Virus record (IMG/VR): IMGVR_UViG_3300018421_000015
Span: 1 to 64,000 of that record
Origin: a virus
Reading direction: 5' to 3' (one strand)
DNA: 64,000 bases
Below the pieces are notes generated by a model, which saw nothing but the letters and a program-made list of their open reading frames with translations, was not told the origin of the DNA and ran no database searches. The translations under genes and the position numbers were made by a program. Each line of letters begins with the position of its first letter. Position 1 is the stretch's first letter. This document shows positions 9,350 through 18,182 of the stretch, piece after piece.

Positions 9350-9967
9350 ATGAGAGAAGTAACCCTTAACATCACCGGTCAAGGTGTCATGCTCGTTCAT
9401 AACGAGCGTCTTGCTAACACCATGGATCCTATTGCCAAGGATATGGTAACCATCACCTCGAAGCGCAAGAAGACTGATGAAGACCGAGACGAGCTTGCTC
9501 GCCACGAGTTCTTCGGAGGTCTCTACACCTTCGGTGAAAACCTTGTCCGATCAGCTGATGTCCCTTCTTCTTGGGAGATTTACAACAAGACCGGTATCCC
9601 TTTGTGGAACGTCTTTGTTTCCCTCAAGAACGGAGCTAAGCTTAACCGACTCGGTGCAACCGTTGACCGAGCCGTTCTTCCTTTTGGACCAGATGTCCTT
9701 GAGTTGAAGCACGACGGACCCAACGCTCCACTTGAGATGTGGGAGCAAGGTTTCTATGACCAGCGTTCCGTCAAAGTTTCAACCGCTAAGGTCACTCGTA
9801 CTCGTCCCAAGTACGTCAACTGGTCCACTACTGCGTCATTCCTCGTTGACACCGAACTGTTGAACATGGATGACTTCAACATGATTGCAGTCAACGCAGG
9901 ACGCACATCAGGTCTTGGCACCTACCGTCCTCGCTTCGGACGATTCGAAGTTGAGGTCTGTGCATGA
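9350..9967 (+). CDS. solo Cas7/RAMP-superfamily protein (Vipr-like guide-binding protein)
   Basis: N-terminal strand VTLNITG..MLVH, middle IP.WNV...LKNGA, R.RP, C-terminal G-loop AG..SGLGTYRPRFGRFEV; no cas1/2/3/5/6/8 nearby. Confidence 0.7.
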   Translation: MREVTLNITGQGVMLVHNERLANTMDPIAKDMVTITSKRKKTDEDRDELARHEFFGGLYTFGENLVRSADVPSSWEIYNKTGIPLWNVFVSLKNGAKLNRLGATVDRAVLPFGPDVLELKHDGPNAPLEMWEQGFYDQRSVKVSTAKVTRTRPKYVNWSTTASFLVDTELLNMDDFNMIAVNAGRTSGLGTYRPRFGRFEVEVCA

Positions 9968-10470
9968 CCTACAGTCGACAAGATACTAGTCGACCTTCAA
10001 CGATTCGTGACTACGTCGCCGGTTATCTTAACGAAGCCGGTGACGTAGTCACCTACGAAGAGTTGGCAGCCATGATTGATGTCACCTATCCTACTGGTGA
10101 TGATCATCTTGATCATGAAGTTGTTAAATCCATCAGCAAATCTGTTGCACAAGCCAACAAGTATCTATCAGACGATGGAAGCTGGAAGCATCTTGTTGTT
10201 ATTCCTAACGTTGGTTATCGTGTAGCTACACCATCTGATCTTCGCAACGAAGCTTTAGGTCGTTCTAAACACATCCTTAAAGAGCAGCGTAGAGTTATCA
10301 CAGCAACAGAAAAGGTAACTATTCACCCTGATGCAACTGCTAACCAGCGCACTCAAGCAAACAACAATCTTACACTTCAACACAGTGTTCAAATGATGCT
10401 AAACAAAGCACGGCGTAAAACTCGTCGTGATTGGATAGCACCAGAAGAGCCAATCATTATTGAAGATTGA
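9964..10470 (+). CDS. winged-helix accessory protein coupled to the RAMP gene
   Basis: ATGA overlap with the RAMP gene; GDVVTYEELAA..; LVVIPNVGYRV wing as in OmpR-type wHTH; helical C-terminus. Confidence 0.6.
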   Translation: MTYSRQDTSRPSTIRDYVAGYLNEAGDVVTYEELAAMIDVTYPTGDDHLDHEVVKSISKSVAQANKYLSDDGSWKHLVVIPNVGYRVATPSDLRNEALGRSKHILKEQRRVITATEKVTIHPDATANQRTQANNNLTLQHSVQMMLNKARRKTRRDWIAPEEPIIIED

Positions 10471-10874
10471 TCTTTATGGTCGAGCACGGTACTGTGCGGT
10501 GCCGTTATGTCACGCTCGGTAGTGCAACGTCTGGTTCGGTAGCATATTGCAAGGAGCCTTCGGGCTAAATAAAAAGATCGCTTAAATTCTTTACTGTATG
10601 GCCATGCCCGGTCACGTGCTGTGCGGTGGCGTTCGGTCTCGTAATGTTATGTCGGGTGTGGTAATGCTCGGAGCCTTAGGGCTAAATACTAAGATCGCTT
10701 AAATTCTTCTGTGCTCGGTTTTGCACTGCTATGCGGTATTAGGTTTGGACACGAATTGCGTTGTGATGCTTGGAGCCTTCGGGCTACATAAAAAGATCGC
10801 TTAAATTCTTTGAGGCGTTGCTTGACGATGCTAGGTCTTGTTATGTCGTGCAATGCAAGGAGCCTTAGGGCTAA
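10471..10874 (+). repeat. guide-RNA-like array: 39-nt repeats separating 5-nt-periodic (NGY-NN)n spacers
   Basis: repeat GGAGCCTT(C/A)GGGCTAAATAAAAAGATCGCTTAAATTCTT at 10553-10591, 10670-10708, 10772-10810, partial at 10859-10874; spacers 78, 78, 63, 48 nt. Confidence 0.9.
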
Positions 10875-10914
10875 GCAACATTATTTTTTTTAAATATAGA
10901 ACAAACAAAAACAT

Positions 10915-11214
10915 ATGACCTCTATCACTCTTATCCCAAATGATACATATAATCCTACTTATTCTTCTTATTCTAGTATGTCAACCAGTCGCAAATTCTT
11001 TTACAAGGCTGGTAAACTGGCTGGAAAAACGAAAAGAAACCTACAAAAACCAGAAGTAAAGATCTCTGCAATATTATCTTATTGGAGTCTTGAAACAGTA
11101 GTATGCGCAGTAGCAATAATGTCTATCACTAGTAAGACCATCATTGCTGCTACCTTGCTGCTATACATTTACGGTACGTACGCACTATTTAGTGCCATAT
11201 CAGCATTGGTATAA
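10915..11214 (+). CDS. small membrane protein
   Basis: two C-terminal hydrophobic helices. Confidence 0.55.
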   Translation: MTSITLIPNDTYNPTYSSYSSMSTSRKFFYKAGKLAGKTKRNLQKPEVKISAILSYWSLETVVCAVAIMSITSKTIIAATLLLYIYGTYALFSAISALV

Positions 11215-11216
11215 TT

Positions 11217-11840
11217 ATGCAAACTATTGAATCAGTACAAGAAGTTGTTACTCTTATTAAAGAAGAACTTTCCGCAGTAAAAACTATTGTAGAAACTAAT
11301 CTTTCTGAAATTAATAGCACTAAAATTGCTCCTCTTATTGTCTTTTTCACTTCTCCTGAAACAAGATATATTGTAGCTTCTTCTTCAGCTTCTGGAGATT
11401 TTGCTGACGTTGTCTGCAGAATATCCGAAGTAATGAATATTTATCCATTGATTGACGCACATGCTGCCGTCATTTCAATGAATACAAATGTAGAGATTGA
11501 CGATGATGTCGTCTCTGCTATTAACACATTTGTTATTAGCTATGAGCAAGCATGGTCGATCACTACACCATATGAAGTCTATGGCAATGAAGTCGTCTGG
11601 TGGAATGATAAAGTCAATATTGAACTTATTGACGATCTTGAACTAGATGACGAAAGTCGCCAGATGGTTTCTATGTTTTATATGTATGTACATGTTAACG
11701 ATGTACATTTTACTATGTCCGAACTGTTATCATATCTAAGTACAATGGATACTGCTATCAACTTCATTGAAGATGATGCTCCTCCGTTCTTTGATATGTC
11801 TAACAATGAGCTAATACAAAACATAAATAATGTCAACTAA
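11217..11840 (+). CDS. hypothetical protein
   Basis: 207 aa acidic ORF. Confidence 0.65.
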   Translation: MQTIESVQEVVTLIKEELSAVKTIVETNLSEINSTKIAPLIVFFTSPETRYIVASSSASGDFADVVCRISEVMNIYPLIDAHAAVISMNTNVEIDDDVVSAINTFVISYEQAWSITTPYEVYGNEVVWWNDKVNIELIDDLELDDESRQMVSMFYMYVHVNDVHFTMSELLSYLSTMDTAINFIEDDAPPFFDMSNNELIQNINNVN

Positions 11841-11999
11841 AAAAAACTTTACATACTTTTCTTTCAATTCTATCACCTCAGAAAAGAAAGATAAGAAGTA
11901 TAATATTAAATCAGAAATTGTAGAAGATGATGATTTTGACGAAAAGCTTGAAAAGCTTATGAGTCAAGAACTCGTATACGGAGATGTAAATTACTACTA

Positions 12000-13679
12000 A
12001 TGTCTGTTCAACTGCGTCCATACCAAACTGAAGCATTAGATGCTATTCGTGATTTTAACAACAATGGTGTATCACGACAGTTAGTAGTTCTCCCAACGGG
12101 CGCAGGTAAGACAGTTATTTTTACTCATCTCCCTCAGCATCTAGATAATGCATTGCCTATGCTTATTCTTGCTCATAGAGAAGAACTTCTCACGCAAGCA
12201 AAAGATAAGCTAGAATGGTCTAATCCACAACTAACAGTGGAAATAGAACAGGCGGAAAATTATGCAAGCACAAATGCTGACGTTGTTGTCGCTTCCGTTC
12301 CTACTCTTGGCAGGGATGGCAGTGAAAGAATCTCAAGGTTTCCAAAGAATCATTTTAGAACCATTGTTATCGATGAAGCCCATCACGCAGCTGCTCCTAC
12401 TTATCGTAGGATCCTCGATTATTTTGAAAATGATTTTACTCTTGGTGTAACCGCAACCCCACAAAGATCTGACAATACGCGCTTGACAGACGTATTCGAT
12501 GAGATAGTATACTATAAGACAATAGTTGATCTTATTGAAGAAGGTTGGCTATCAAGAATTGTTGGATACCGTATCCAAACGGATACAGATATTTCGGAGG
12601 TTAAGACACAACATGGAGACTACGTTGCTTCCCAGTTGGAAGATGCTATTAATACTCCTAAGCGCAATGCTACTATTGTTGCTAGCTATATGGAGATATG
12701 TGGTACTGCTAAAGCCATTGCCTTTGCGTCGGGAGTCGAACACGCTCACGACCTGGCCTCATCCTTTAGGCAAGCGTCGATAGCGGCAGAAGTTATTATT
12801 GGTTCAACTCCTTCTGATAAACGTCACCAAATACTTTCCCGTTTTGCTTCCGGTGAAACAAGAGTATTGGTTAACGTTGGCGTTCTTACTGAAGGCTTTG
12901 ATGAACCATCTGTAGAAGCTATTATACTTGCAAGACCTACACGATCAACGTTACTATATACACAGATCGTTGGTCGTGGAACCCGTCTATTTGAAGGGAA
13001 GGCTCATTGCAAAGTATTGGATTTTGCAGACACCACCAAAGGCAAGAAGCCTCTTGGCCTTCCGTCATTACTGGGTTTACCCCCGGACTTCGACCTTGGA
13101 GGACAAGATTTAGTAGACGTCGCAAACAAGTATAAAGAACTTGAAGAGTTCTGTCCCGGTGAAGCTGTACGTGTACTAAATCCTGAAGATATCGAACTCG
13201 CCTATAAGCGTATCGATCTCTTTATGCCTCCGCCTCCAAACGAAGTTGTACAACAATATTCTCGTTTCGTTTGGGCAGAAGTTGCTGAAAATGATTTCCA
13301 TTTAGCAGTAGATTCAAACAATTCATTTAGAATATTTGTAGACACTCTTGGTAGATGGACTGTTACTCAAACAACTAAGGTTGATACAAAAACTGAAGTT
13401 AAACTTTTGGGACATCCTGAAGATATGCGTGATGCATTTGTCAGATCTGATAAGTGGATTGTTAGACGATACAATACTAATCTGATAGAATCAGATGCAC
13501 CATGGAGAGCAGATGCTCCCACCGATGCTCAAAAGAAAACTCTTAAACGTATTGGTGTACCAATCACAGCAGACATGACTAAAGGTATTGCTTCTCAGAT
13601 TATTGGTAAATATTATGAGAACAATCCTAAACCTCAATGGTTACAGAACAAGATTAATTATAATAAAGGAAGATGGTAA
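12000..13679 (+). CDS. SF2 DEAH helicase (SSL2/Irc3-like)
   Basis: LRPYQ, PTGAGKT, DEAHH, TATP, LTEGFD, QIVGRGTR motifs. Confidence 0.95.
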   Translation: MSVQLRPYQTEALDAIRDFNNNGVSRQLVVLPTGAGKTVIFTHLPQHLDNALPMLILAHREELLTQAKDKLEWSNPQLTVEIEQAENYASTNADVVVASVPTLGRDGSERISRFPKNHFRTIVIDEAHHAAAPTYRRILDYFENDFTLGVTATPQRSDNTRLTDVFDEIVYYKTIVDLIEEGWLSRIVGYRIQTDTDISEVKTQHGDYVASQLEDAINTPKRNATIVASYMEICGTAKAIAFASGVEHAHDLASSFRQASIAAEVIIGSTPSDKRHQILSRFASGETRVLVNVGVLTEGFDEPSVEAIILARPTRSTLLYTQIVGRGTRLFEGKAHCKVLDFADTTKGKKPLGLPSLLGLPPDFDLGGQDLVDVANKYKELEEFCPGEAVRVLNPEDIELAYKRIDLFMPPPPNEVVQQYSRFVWAEVAENDFHLAVDSNNSFRIFVDTLGRWTVTQTTKVDTKTEVKLLGHPEDMRDAFVRSDKWIVRRYNTNLIESDAPWRADAPTDAQKKTLKRIGVPITADMTKGIASQIIGKYYENNPKPQWLQNKINYNKGRW

Positions 13680-14164
13680 TGAAAAAGATTATTTTAGCAG
13701 CAGCTATTGCACTGCCGCTAGTTTCTTGTGGTGGCAAAGAAATTGTATACCTTGAATCAACAGACACAGCACCCGCTGAGGAGCCAGCTGAAGAGCCAGT
13801 AGAAACAACTGCTGCACCAACAACTACGCAGGCTCCTACTCCTGCAACTCGTCCCACTCTTCCTCCCGAGCCAGAAGAGCCCCCAATGAATGGCTACCAG
13901 CCTGATGTTTATCTTGACATTGTTCAAGAGAACATTCCTTACTGGTATTACAGCTACAGTGATGAGAACCTTACTGGTTTAGGTATCGCCATCTGCGATG
14001 AACTTGACGCAGGTACTCCAGTTGATAGACAGCTTGTGAATATCATTATGATGGTCCAAGATATTGATCCAGACCTTGCTGACGATTCTGGACTCTTTAT
14101 GCGTTACGTAGTTCGTTACATTTGCCCAGAACATTATGTTCAGATTGAAGCGTTGAATAACTGA
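13673..14164 (+). CDS. lipoprotein, DUF732-like
   Basis: signal peptide with lipobox LVSC, Pro/Thr linker, GIAICDELDAG...YICP. Confidence 0.7.
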   Translation: MVMKKIILAAAIALPLVSCGGKEIVYLESTDTAPAEEPAEEPVETTAAPTTTQAPTPATRPTLPPEPEEPPMNGYQPDVYLDIVQENIPYWYYSYSDENLTGLGIAICDELDAGTPVDRQLVNIIMMVQDIDPDLADDSGLFMRYVVRYICPEHYVQIEALNN

Positions 14165-14284
14165 TATGAGATATTTTTTTTTAAAAATTAAACTTATATT
14201 TGTTCTTATTAAAGATAAAATTTTTTATCTTATTACCAAAAAAGAAAAGTATAACAACAAAGATAGATACATTTATTAGGCATC

Positions 14285-15265
14285 ATGCTATTTCCTGAAA
14301 TAAAAAATACATATGAAGAACGAAATATAGATATTGAATCTATTATAAAACTTTCTAAAGTAGCTTCAGGAGACTTTCGCAACTGTGCAGAAGATGCTGA
14401 TTTTTCTGCTCAAGAAATCGTTGATCAATTTTATAAAGTTCACGGTAACTTTCCTTATGCTGTAAATTCTTTTAATTTAGTTGGTGAGGAGATTAATCAC
14501 CAAGCTCCTGTTTTAGCTATAGGATGTTCTGTTACTGCTTCTGTGGGAATTCCTCATCAGTTAACTTGGCCTAACCTTTTAAGAAAAGTTCACAATACTG
14601 ATGTTAACGTAATCGCATCTCCTGGATTAGATATTTCAGAAATAACAAGAATACTTAACGTTTATCTTATTTCAGAAAACTTTTCTACTCCAGAAGCTGT
14701 TTACATACTTGCTCCAGACATATTAAGAACTAAACTTATAAACTTTCATAAATTTTCTAAAAAGAACATTTTTGATCATATTACTTTAAACTATAATAAT
14801 AATTTAGGCTTTATAATCAAAAGCACACTTGCATCTCTGAAAGATAAACATCTTAAAAAATATTATCCTTCTGTATCATACACTCTTTTAAACAGACTAT
14901 CTGCTTTAGAAATGTGTGTTTCACTTTGTAGAGCGTTTGGTGTAAAGGTTATCATTTCTTCTTGGGAAATGTACACACAAAAGATATTTCAAGATTTAGG
15001 TTATGTATCAGATCTTGAACAAACAAACTGCTTTTCTAATGAGTCACGCTCATGGAACATGGTAAATCAATGTACTAAGCATGACTTTGAAGTTCCTGAA
15101 CATTTAAAACCTTTTTGGGATTCGGCTGTAGATAAACCACACTTTCATCCAGGTCTTCATTCTCATATACACTACTTAGAAAACTTTTTGCAGAAAGACA
15201 TGGATTATCGTATTTTAGATGATTTAAGTTACGACCCTGTCTGGCTAGACTACATCTCATTATGA
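14285..15265 (+). CDS. SGNH/GDSL-like protein (paralog of 54983-55900 and 57492-58604)
   Basis: AIGCSVT block, D...HPG C-terminal motif. Confidence 0.65.
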   Translation: MLFPEIKNTYEERNIDIESIIKLSKVASGDFRNCAEDADFSAQEIVDQFYKVHGNFPYAVNSFNLVGEEINHQAPVLAIGCSVTASVGIPHQLTWPNLLRKVHNTDVNVIASPGLDISEITRILNVYLISENFSTPEAVYILAPDILRTKLINFHKFSKKNIFDHITLNYNNNLGFIIKSTLASLKDKHLKKYYPSVSYTLLNRLSALEMCVSLCRAFGVKVIISSWEMYTQKIFQDLGYVSDLEQTNCFSNESRSWNMVNQCTKHDFEVPEHLKPFWDSAVDKPHFHPGLHSHIHYLENFLQKDMDYRILDDLSYDPVWLDYISL

Positions 15266-15277
15266 TATACTTCAAGG

Positions 15278-15733
15278 ATGCAAAAAATGAGTTACTCAAA
15301 TATTTATTTAAAGAACCCTTACAAGCAATACGATTATGTTTCTGATTCTTTAAGTAATACCGATAACTCATTTCTTTCTGCTGCAGCTAAAATTGCTCAG
15401 ACTTCTAATTATAAATATAGAATGGCTGCACTTTTAGTTAAGTCTGGCAGAGTGTTGGGTGGTGATGTAAATGTTCCTCGCATCACCCCCGACACTCCGC
15501 CTAAAAGATGCTCCACTCATGCAGAAATTCGAGTTCTAAAAAACGTTAAAAATACTTTAGGTTCAACTATCTATATAGCTAGACTGCTACTAGATGATAC
15601 CATTGCTATAGCCAAACCTTGTGTTTGGTGTCTTGAATCCATTATTAATTCAGATGTTTCTCGTGTTGTTTTCACTTGCAATGACAACACTTCAGATTCT
15701 TTTTACACTAATATGATTTCCTGGAATCACTAA
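15278..15733 (+). CDS. Zn-dependent cytidine/dCMP deaminase family protein
   Basis: HAE and PCVWC motifs. Confidence 0.85.
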   Translation: MQKMSYSNIYLKNPYKQYDYVSDSLSNTDNSFLSAAAKIAQTSNYKYRMAALLVKSGRVLGGDVNVPRITPDTPPKRCSTHAEIRVLKNVKNTLGSTIYIARLLLDDTIAIAKPCVWCLESIINSDVSRVVFTCNDNTSDSFYTNMISWNH

Positions 15734-16194
15734 TGGAATATACAATACCTCTTAAATACTTACAGTATAATCCTTTTACTGCTCCAGAATGCTATAATCC
15801 TACTGAAGATATCAGTCAAAATAAAGTCAGAGCATTATTTATATCTTCTGATAAAAATATGTCTCCTTTAATTTTAACTGATTATTCCTCAGTTATACTT
15901 GATACATGTTTTGAAGATAATGAAATAAGAATTCTTAATTGTTTAAATAATTATCATATTTTTTATGAGCCTTATCTACAGTGGTCTGTATCATACTCTA
16001 ATTACATTGCTACAATGTTGATTAGAAATGATCAAATATATTTAGATGGATCTTTGATAACTGATTCTATATCTGGTAATGTAATAATTTTTGGTTCAAT
16101 AAATCCTTTTACTGGTGTTATTGACGGTAAAGATTATTCTGTTCCATATGAAATAATAGAGCAGGCCTCAAGAGTCTATGAAACCTATACCTAG
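15733..16194 (+). CDS. hypothetical protein
   Basis: 153 aa, coupled to the deaminase gene. Confidence 0.6.
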   Translation: MEYTIPLKYLQYNPFTAPECYNPTEDISQNKVRALFISSDKNMSPLILTDYSSVILDTCFEDNEIRILNCLNNYHIFYEPYLQWSVSYSNYIATMLIRNDQIYLDGSLITDSISGNVIIFGSINPFTGVIDGKDYSVPYEIIEQASRVYETYT

Positions 16195-16580
16195 AGATAA
16201 GCTTAAAGTACATAAAAGAAAATGTACAGAATGTTCTGAGTTTTCTATCGAAGTAAATCAATCAGTAGTTTTTGAAAGACTTTTATGTCCTGATTGTTTA
16301 ATTCTTCTCTTAAGACAATCGTTCTTTAGAGATTAAAGATCATGCAAAAGCATGAATGGGGGGAAATATATAAAACCATATATTTCACCAAAGGAAAAGG
16401 AAATGAGTATAACTATTGCCATAGGCAACGACCCCACAGATATAAAAAGATTAAATACAATAAAACAAGTTTTAGAATCTCAAGAAGAAAAACCAGAGAT
16501 TGTAGACGTAAAGTCTTGGGTTTCAGATATCCATAGATTCCTAACTGACCCATCAGTTTTTGCAGAGATGTAATTCTCTG

Positions 16581-16663
16581 GCCCGAGTGGCGGAATGGCA
16601 GACGCCGAGGACTTAAAATCCTCTGATCGAAAGATCGTGCGGGTTCGAGTCCCGCCTCGGGTA
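16581..16663 (+). tRNA. tRNA-Leu(UAA)
   Basis: long variable arm; anticodon arm GAGGA-CTTAAAA-TCCTC. Confidence 0.95.
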
Positions 16664-16665
16664 CT

Positions 16666-16999
16666 TCTCAGATAAGTAAATAAAACAATTATCAATCTGG
16701 TTGGTGGGTAATGGGCTTATCTGAGATTCATTTTATTGCAGTAAGGCAAACTTATCCTAGTTCGCGTGAACACTTACTGCAATAAATCCTTAGTCAATAA
16801 ATTATATTCTACGAAGATCATTATAGCTCTACCAAACCTATTGATGGTCGTCTTTCTTTTACGTAGAGAACATTTATTGGCTAAGGTAATTTCTGTGACC
16901 GTTATGTAGGGATCGTGATGTGTTATTTACATTTAATACATCGTGTTTAACGTGTCACATAGGCGGTAGCTGTTTAATCTGTTCGGCGGCTACCGCCTA
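16666..16999 (+). ncRNA. five back-to-back stem-loop RNAs between tRNA-Leu and tRNA-Lys
   Basis: stems at 16666-16726, 16732-16786, 16788-16886, 16894-16959, 16960-16999, several with G-U pairs. Confidence 0.6.
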
Positions 17000-17003
17000 A
17001 CTC

Positions 17004-17076
17004 CCGCCTTTAGCTCAGTTGGTAGAGCAGTGGACTTTTAATCCATTGGTCCTGGGTTCGAGCCCCAGAGGGCGGA
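17004..17076 (+). tRNA. tRNA-Lys(UUU)
   Basis: cloverleaf; anticodon arm GTGGA-CTTTTAA-TCCAT. Confidence 0.95.
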
Positions 17077-17105
17077 CTATCATTAACCTTAAAAGGAGAA
17101 ACACA

Positions 17106-17336
17106 ATGACAAAAACTAACACTACTTCAAATTACTCTTTAACAAGATTTGACACTTCTTCTGACACCATGACTTTCACCTACAATAATCCAGAACTTGG
17201 TTCTACAGTTGTTCTGGAAATTGAAACTGGACCAGGCGCAGGTGCCGTTGTTCTTCAGAAAGGTGAAAGACTTAGTGGAATGATGATTGATGATGTCGTT
17301 GATTTCATCTTTCACAACGGTGACATTTTAAACTAA
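17106..17336 (+). CDS. hypothetical protein
   Basis: ATG after SD AAGGAGA; the track's start lies inside the tRNA. Confidence 0.6.
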   Translation: MTKTNTTSNYSLTRFDTSSDTMTFTYNNPELGSTVVLEIETGPGAGAVVLQKGERLSGMMIDDVVDFIFHNGDILN

Positions 17337-17342
17337 TTACTT

Positions 17343-17606
17343 ATGATTTTAAATACAACATACATTGAACCAGGTACATTAGTTGGAGATACTCAAAGAA
17401 AAGTTACTCTAGCCTCCAAGATTAGAGAAGCTGGAGATGGCACTTATCCTGTTTGGATTGCTATCTGCACTGACCCTAATGGGTATCATCAATATGTTGT
17501 TTGGGATATTGCTCTTCGCCCAGAAGGTCCTTACGCTTCTAATGGAGATTACTTCCATAATATCAAAGATGCTATGGAGTGTTACATTCAACGAGGCGGA
17601 TCTTAA
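17343..17606 (+). CDS. hypothetical protein
   Basis: 87 aa tandem ORF. Confidence 0.55.
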   Translation: MILNTTYIEPGTLVGDTQRKVTLASKIREAGDGTYPVWIAICTDPNGYHQYVVWDIALRPEGPYASNGDYFHNIKDAMECYIQRGGS

Positions 17607-17974
17607 AAAAATTTTTTCTCTTAGTTTGTTCCAATAATAGTATACTGTGATATACTGTTGGAGCACAAATACGGAGGCCAGATGCAAACAATACACTTAA
17701 CACTCGATATGATTATCGAAGTCCCTGAGGACGAGAAAGCAAAAGACATACTTGTTATTCAAGAACTCTTGAGTAAATTGTATGTCGGAGAAGATCACTA
17801 TGAAGGTGATGTTTTCTCAGTTAAGGATATTACCCTTAGCACTTTTGTAAAGGAAAAGTAATGGCATTAGCTAAATTTAGAAAGATAGTCGGAGGTGCCA
17901 AAAACAAGGCAACCAAAGACCTTTCAACTAGTCCCAAGAAAAGTGATAAGGATAAGAAGACTAAGTAGTCTTCA

Positions 17975-18047
17975 GCCGGATTAGCTCAGTTGGTAGAGCA
18001 CTTCACTTGTAATGAAGATGTCGCGGGTTCGAATCCTGCATCCGGCT
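17975..18047 (+). tRNA. tRNA-Thr(UGU)
   Basis: cloverleaf; anticodon arm CTTCA-CTTGTAA-TGAAG. Confidence 0.95.
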
Positions 18048-18048
18048 C

Positions 18049-18178
18049 TGTATGGTAGCCAGTACAGCAAACTTGATAAATAAACTCATAGCTATTTATC
18101 GAGTTCATACTCTAGCTGGACGGATCCAAATCACATACCATATGCTGGTGCACAATAGTGTTGTGTGACTACCATACA
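18049..18178 (+). ncRNA. structured RNA between tRNA-Thr and tRNA-Ile
   Basis: closing stem TGTATGGTAG/CTACCATACA; inner 13-bp hairpin AACTTGATAAATA/TATTTATCGAGTT; branched TCACATA/TGTGTGA domain. Confidence 0.55.
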
Positions 18179-18182
18179 ACAG

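Noticed and set aside
10471-10874. Canonical CRISPR array
   Set aside because: Spacers are 48-78 nt, unequal and internally periodic (NGY-NN), so they are not captured foreign DNA; there is no cas1/cas2/cas6 in the window.
10471-10874. Protein-coding explanation for the periodicity
   Set aside because: The period is 5, not 3, and no ORF of 60 aa or more covers the region.
10471-10874. Self-target for the decoded guides within this window
   Set aside because: None recognised by eye; a gapped-pattern search is needed, so no target is claimed.
5918-13125. Short antisense or alternate-frame ORFs inside the RNAP, RAMP and helicase genes (similar cases occur throughout the window)
   Set aside because: Shadow ORFs with no SD or motifs, nested in well-supported genes.
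17019-17105. 5' extension of ORF 17019-17336, and ORFs 2415-2621(-) and 16480-16695(-)
   Set aside because: They overlap tRNA genes and are translation artefacts.
18049-18178. Y RNA, or hammerhead ribozyme
   Set aside because: No canonical Ro-binding GGUCCGA/UUGAC helix, no Ro60 gene in the window and no CUGANGA/GAAA core.
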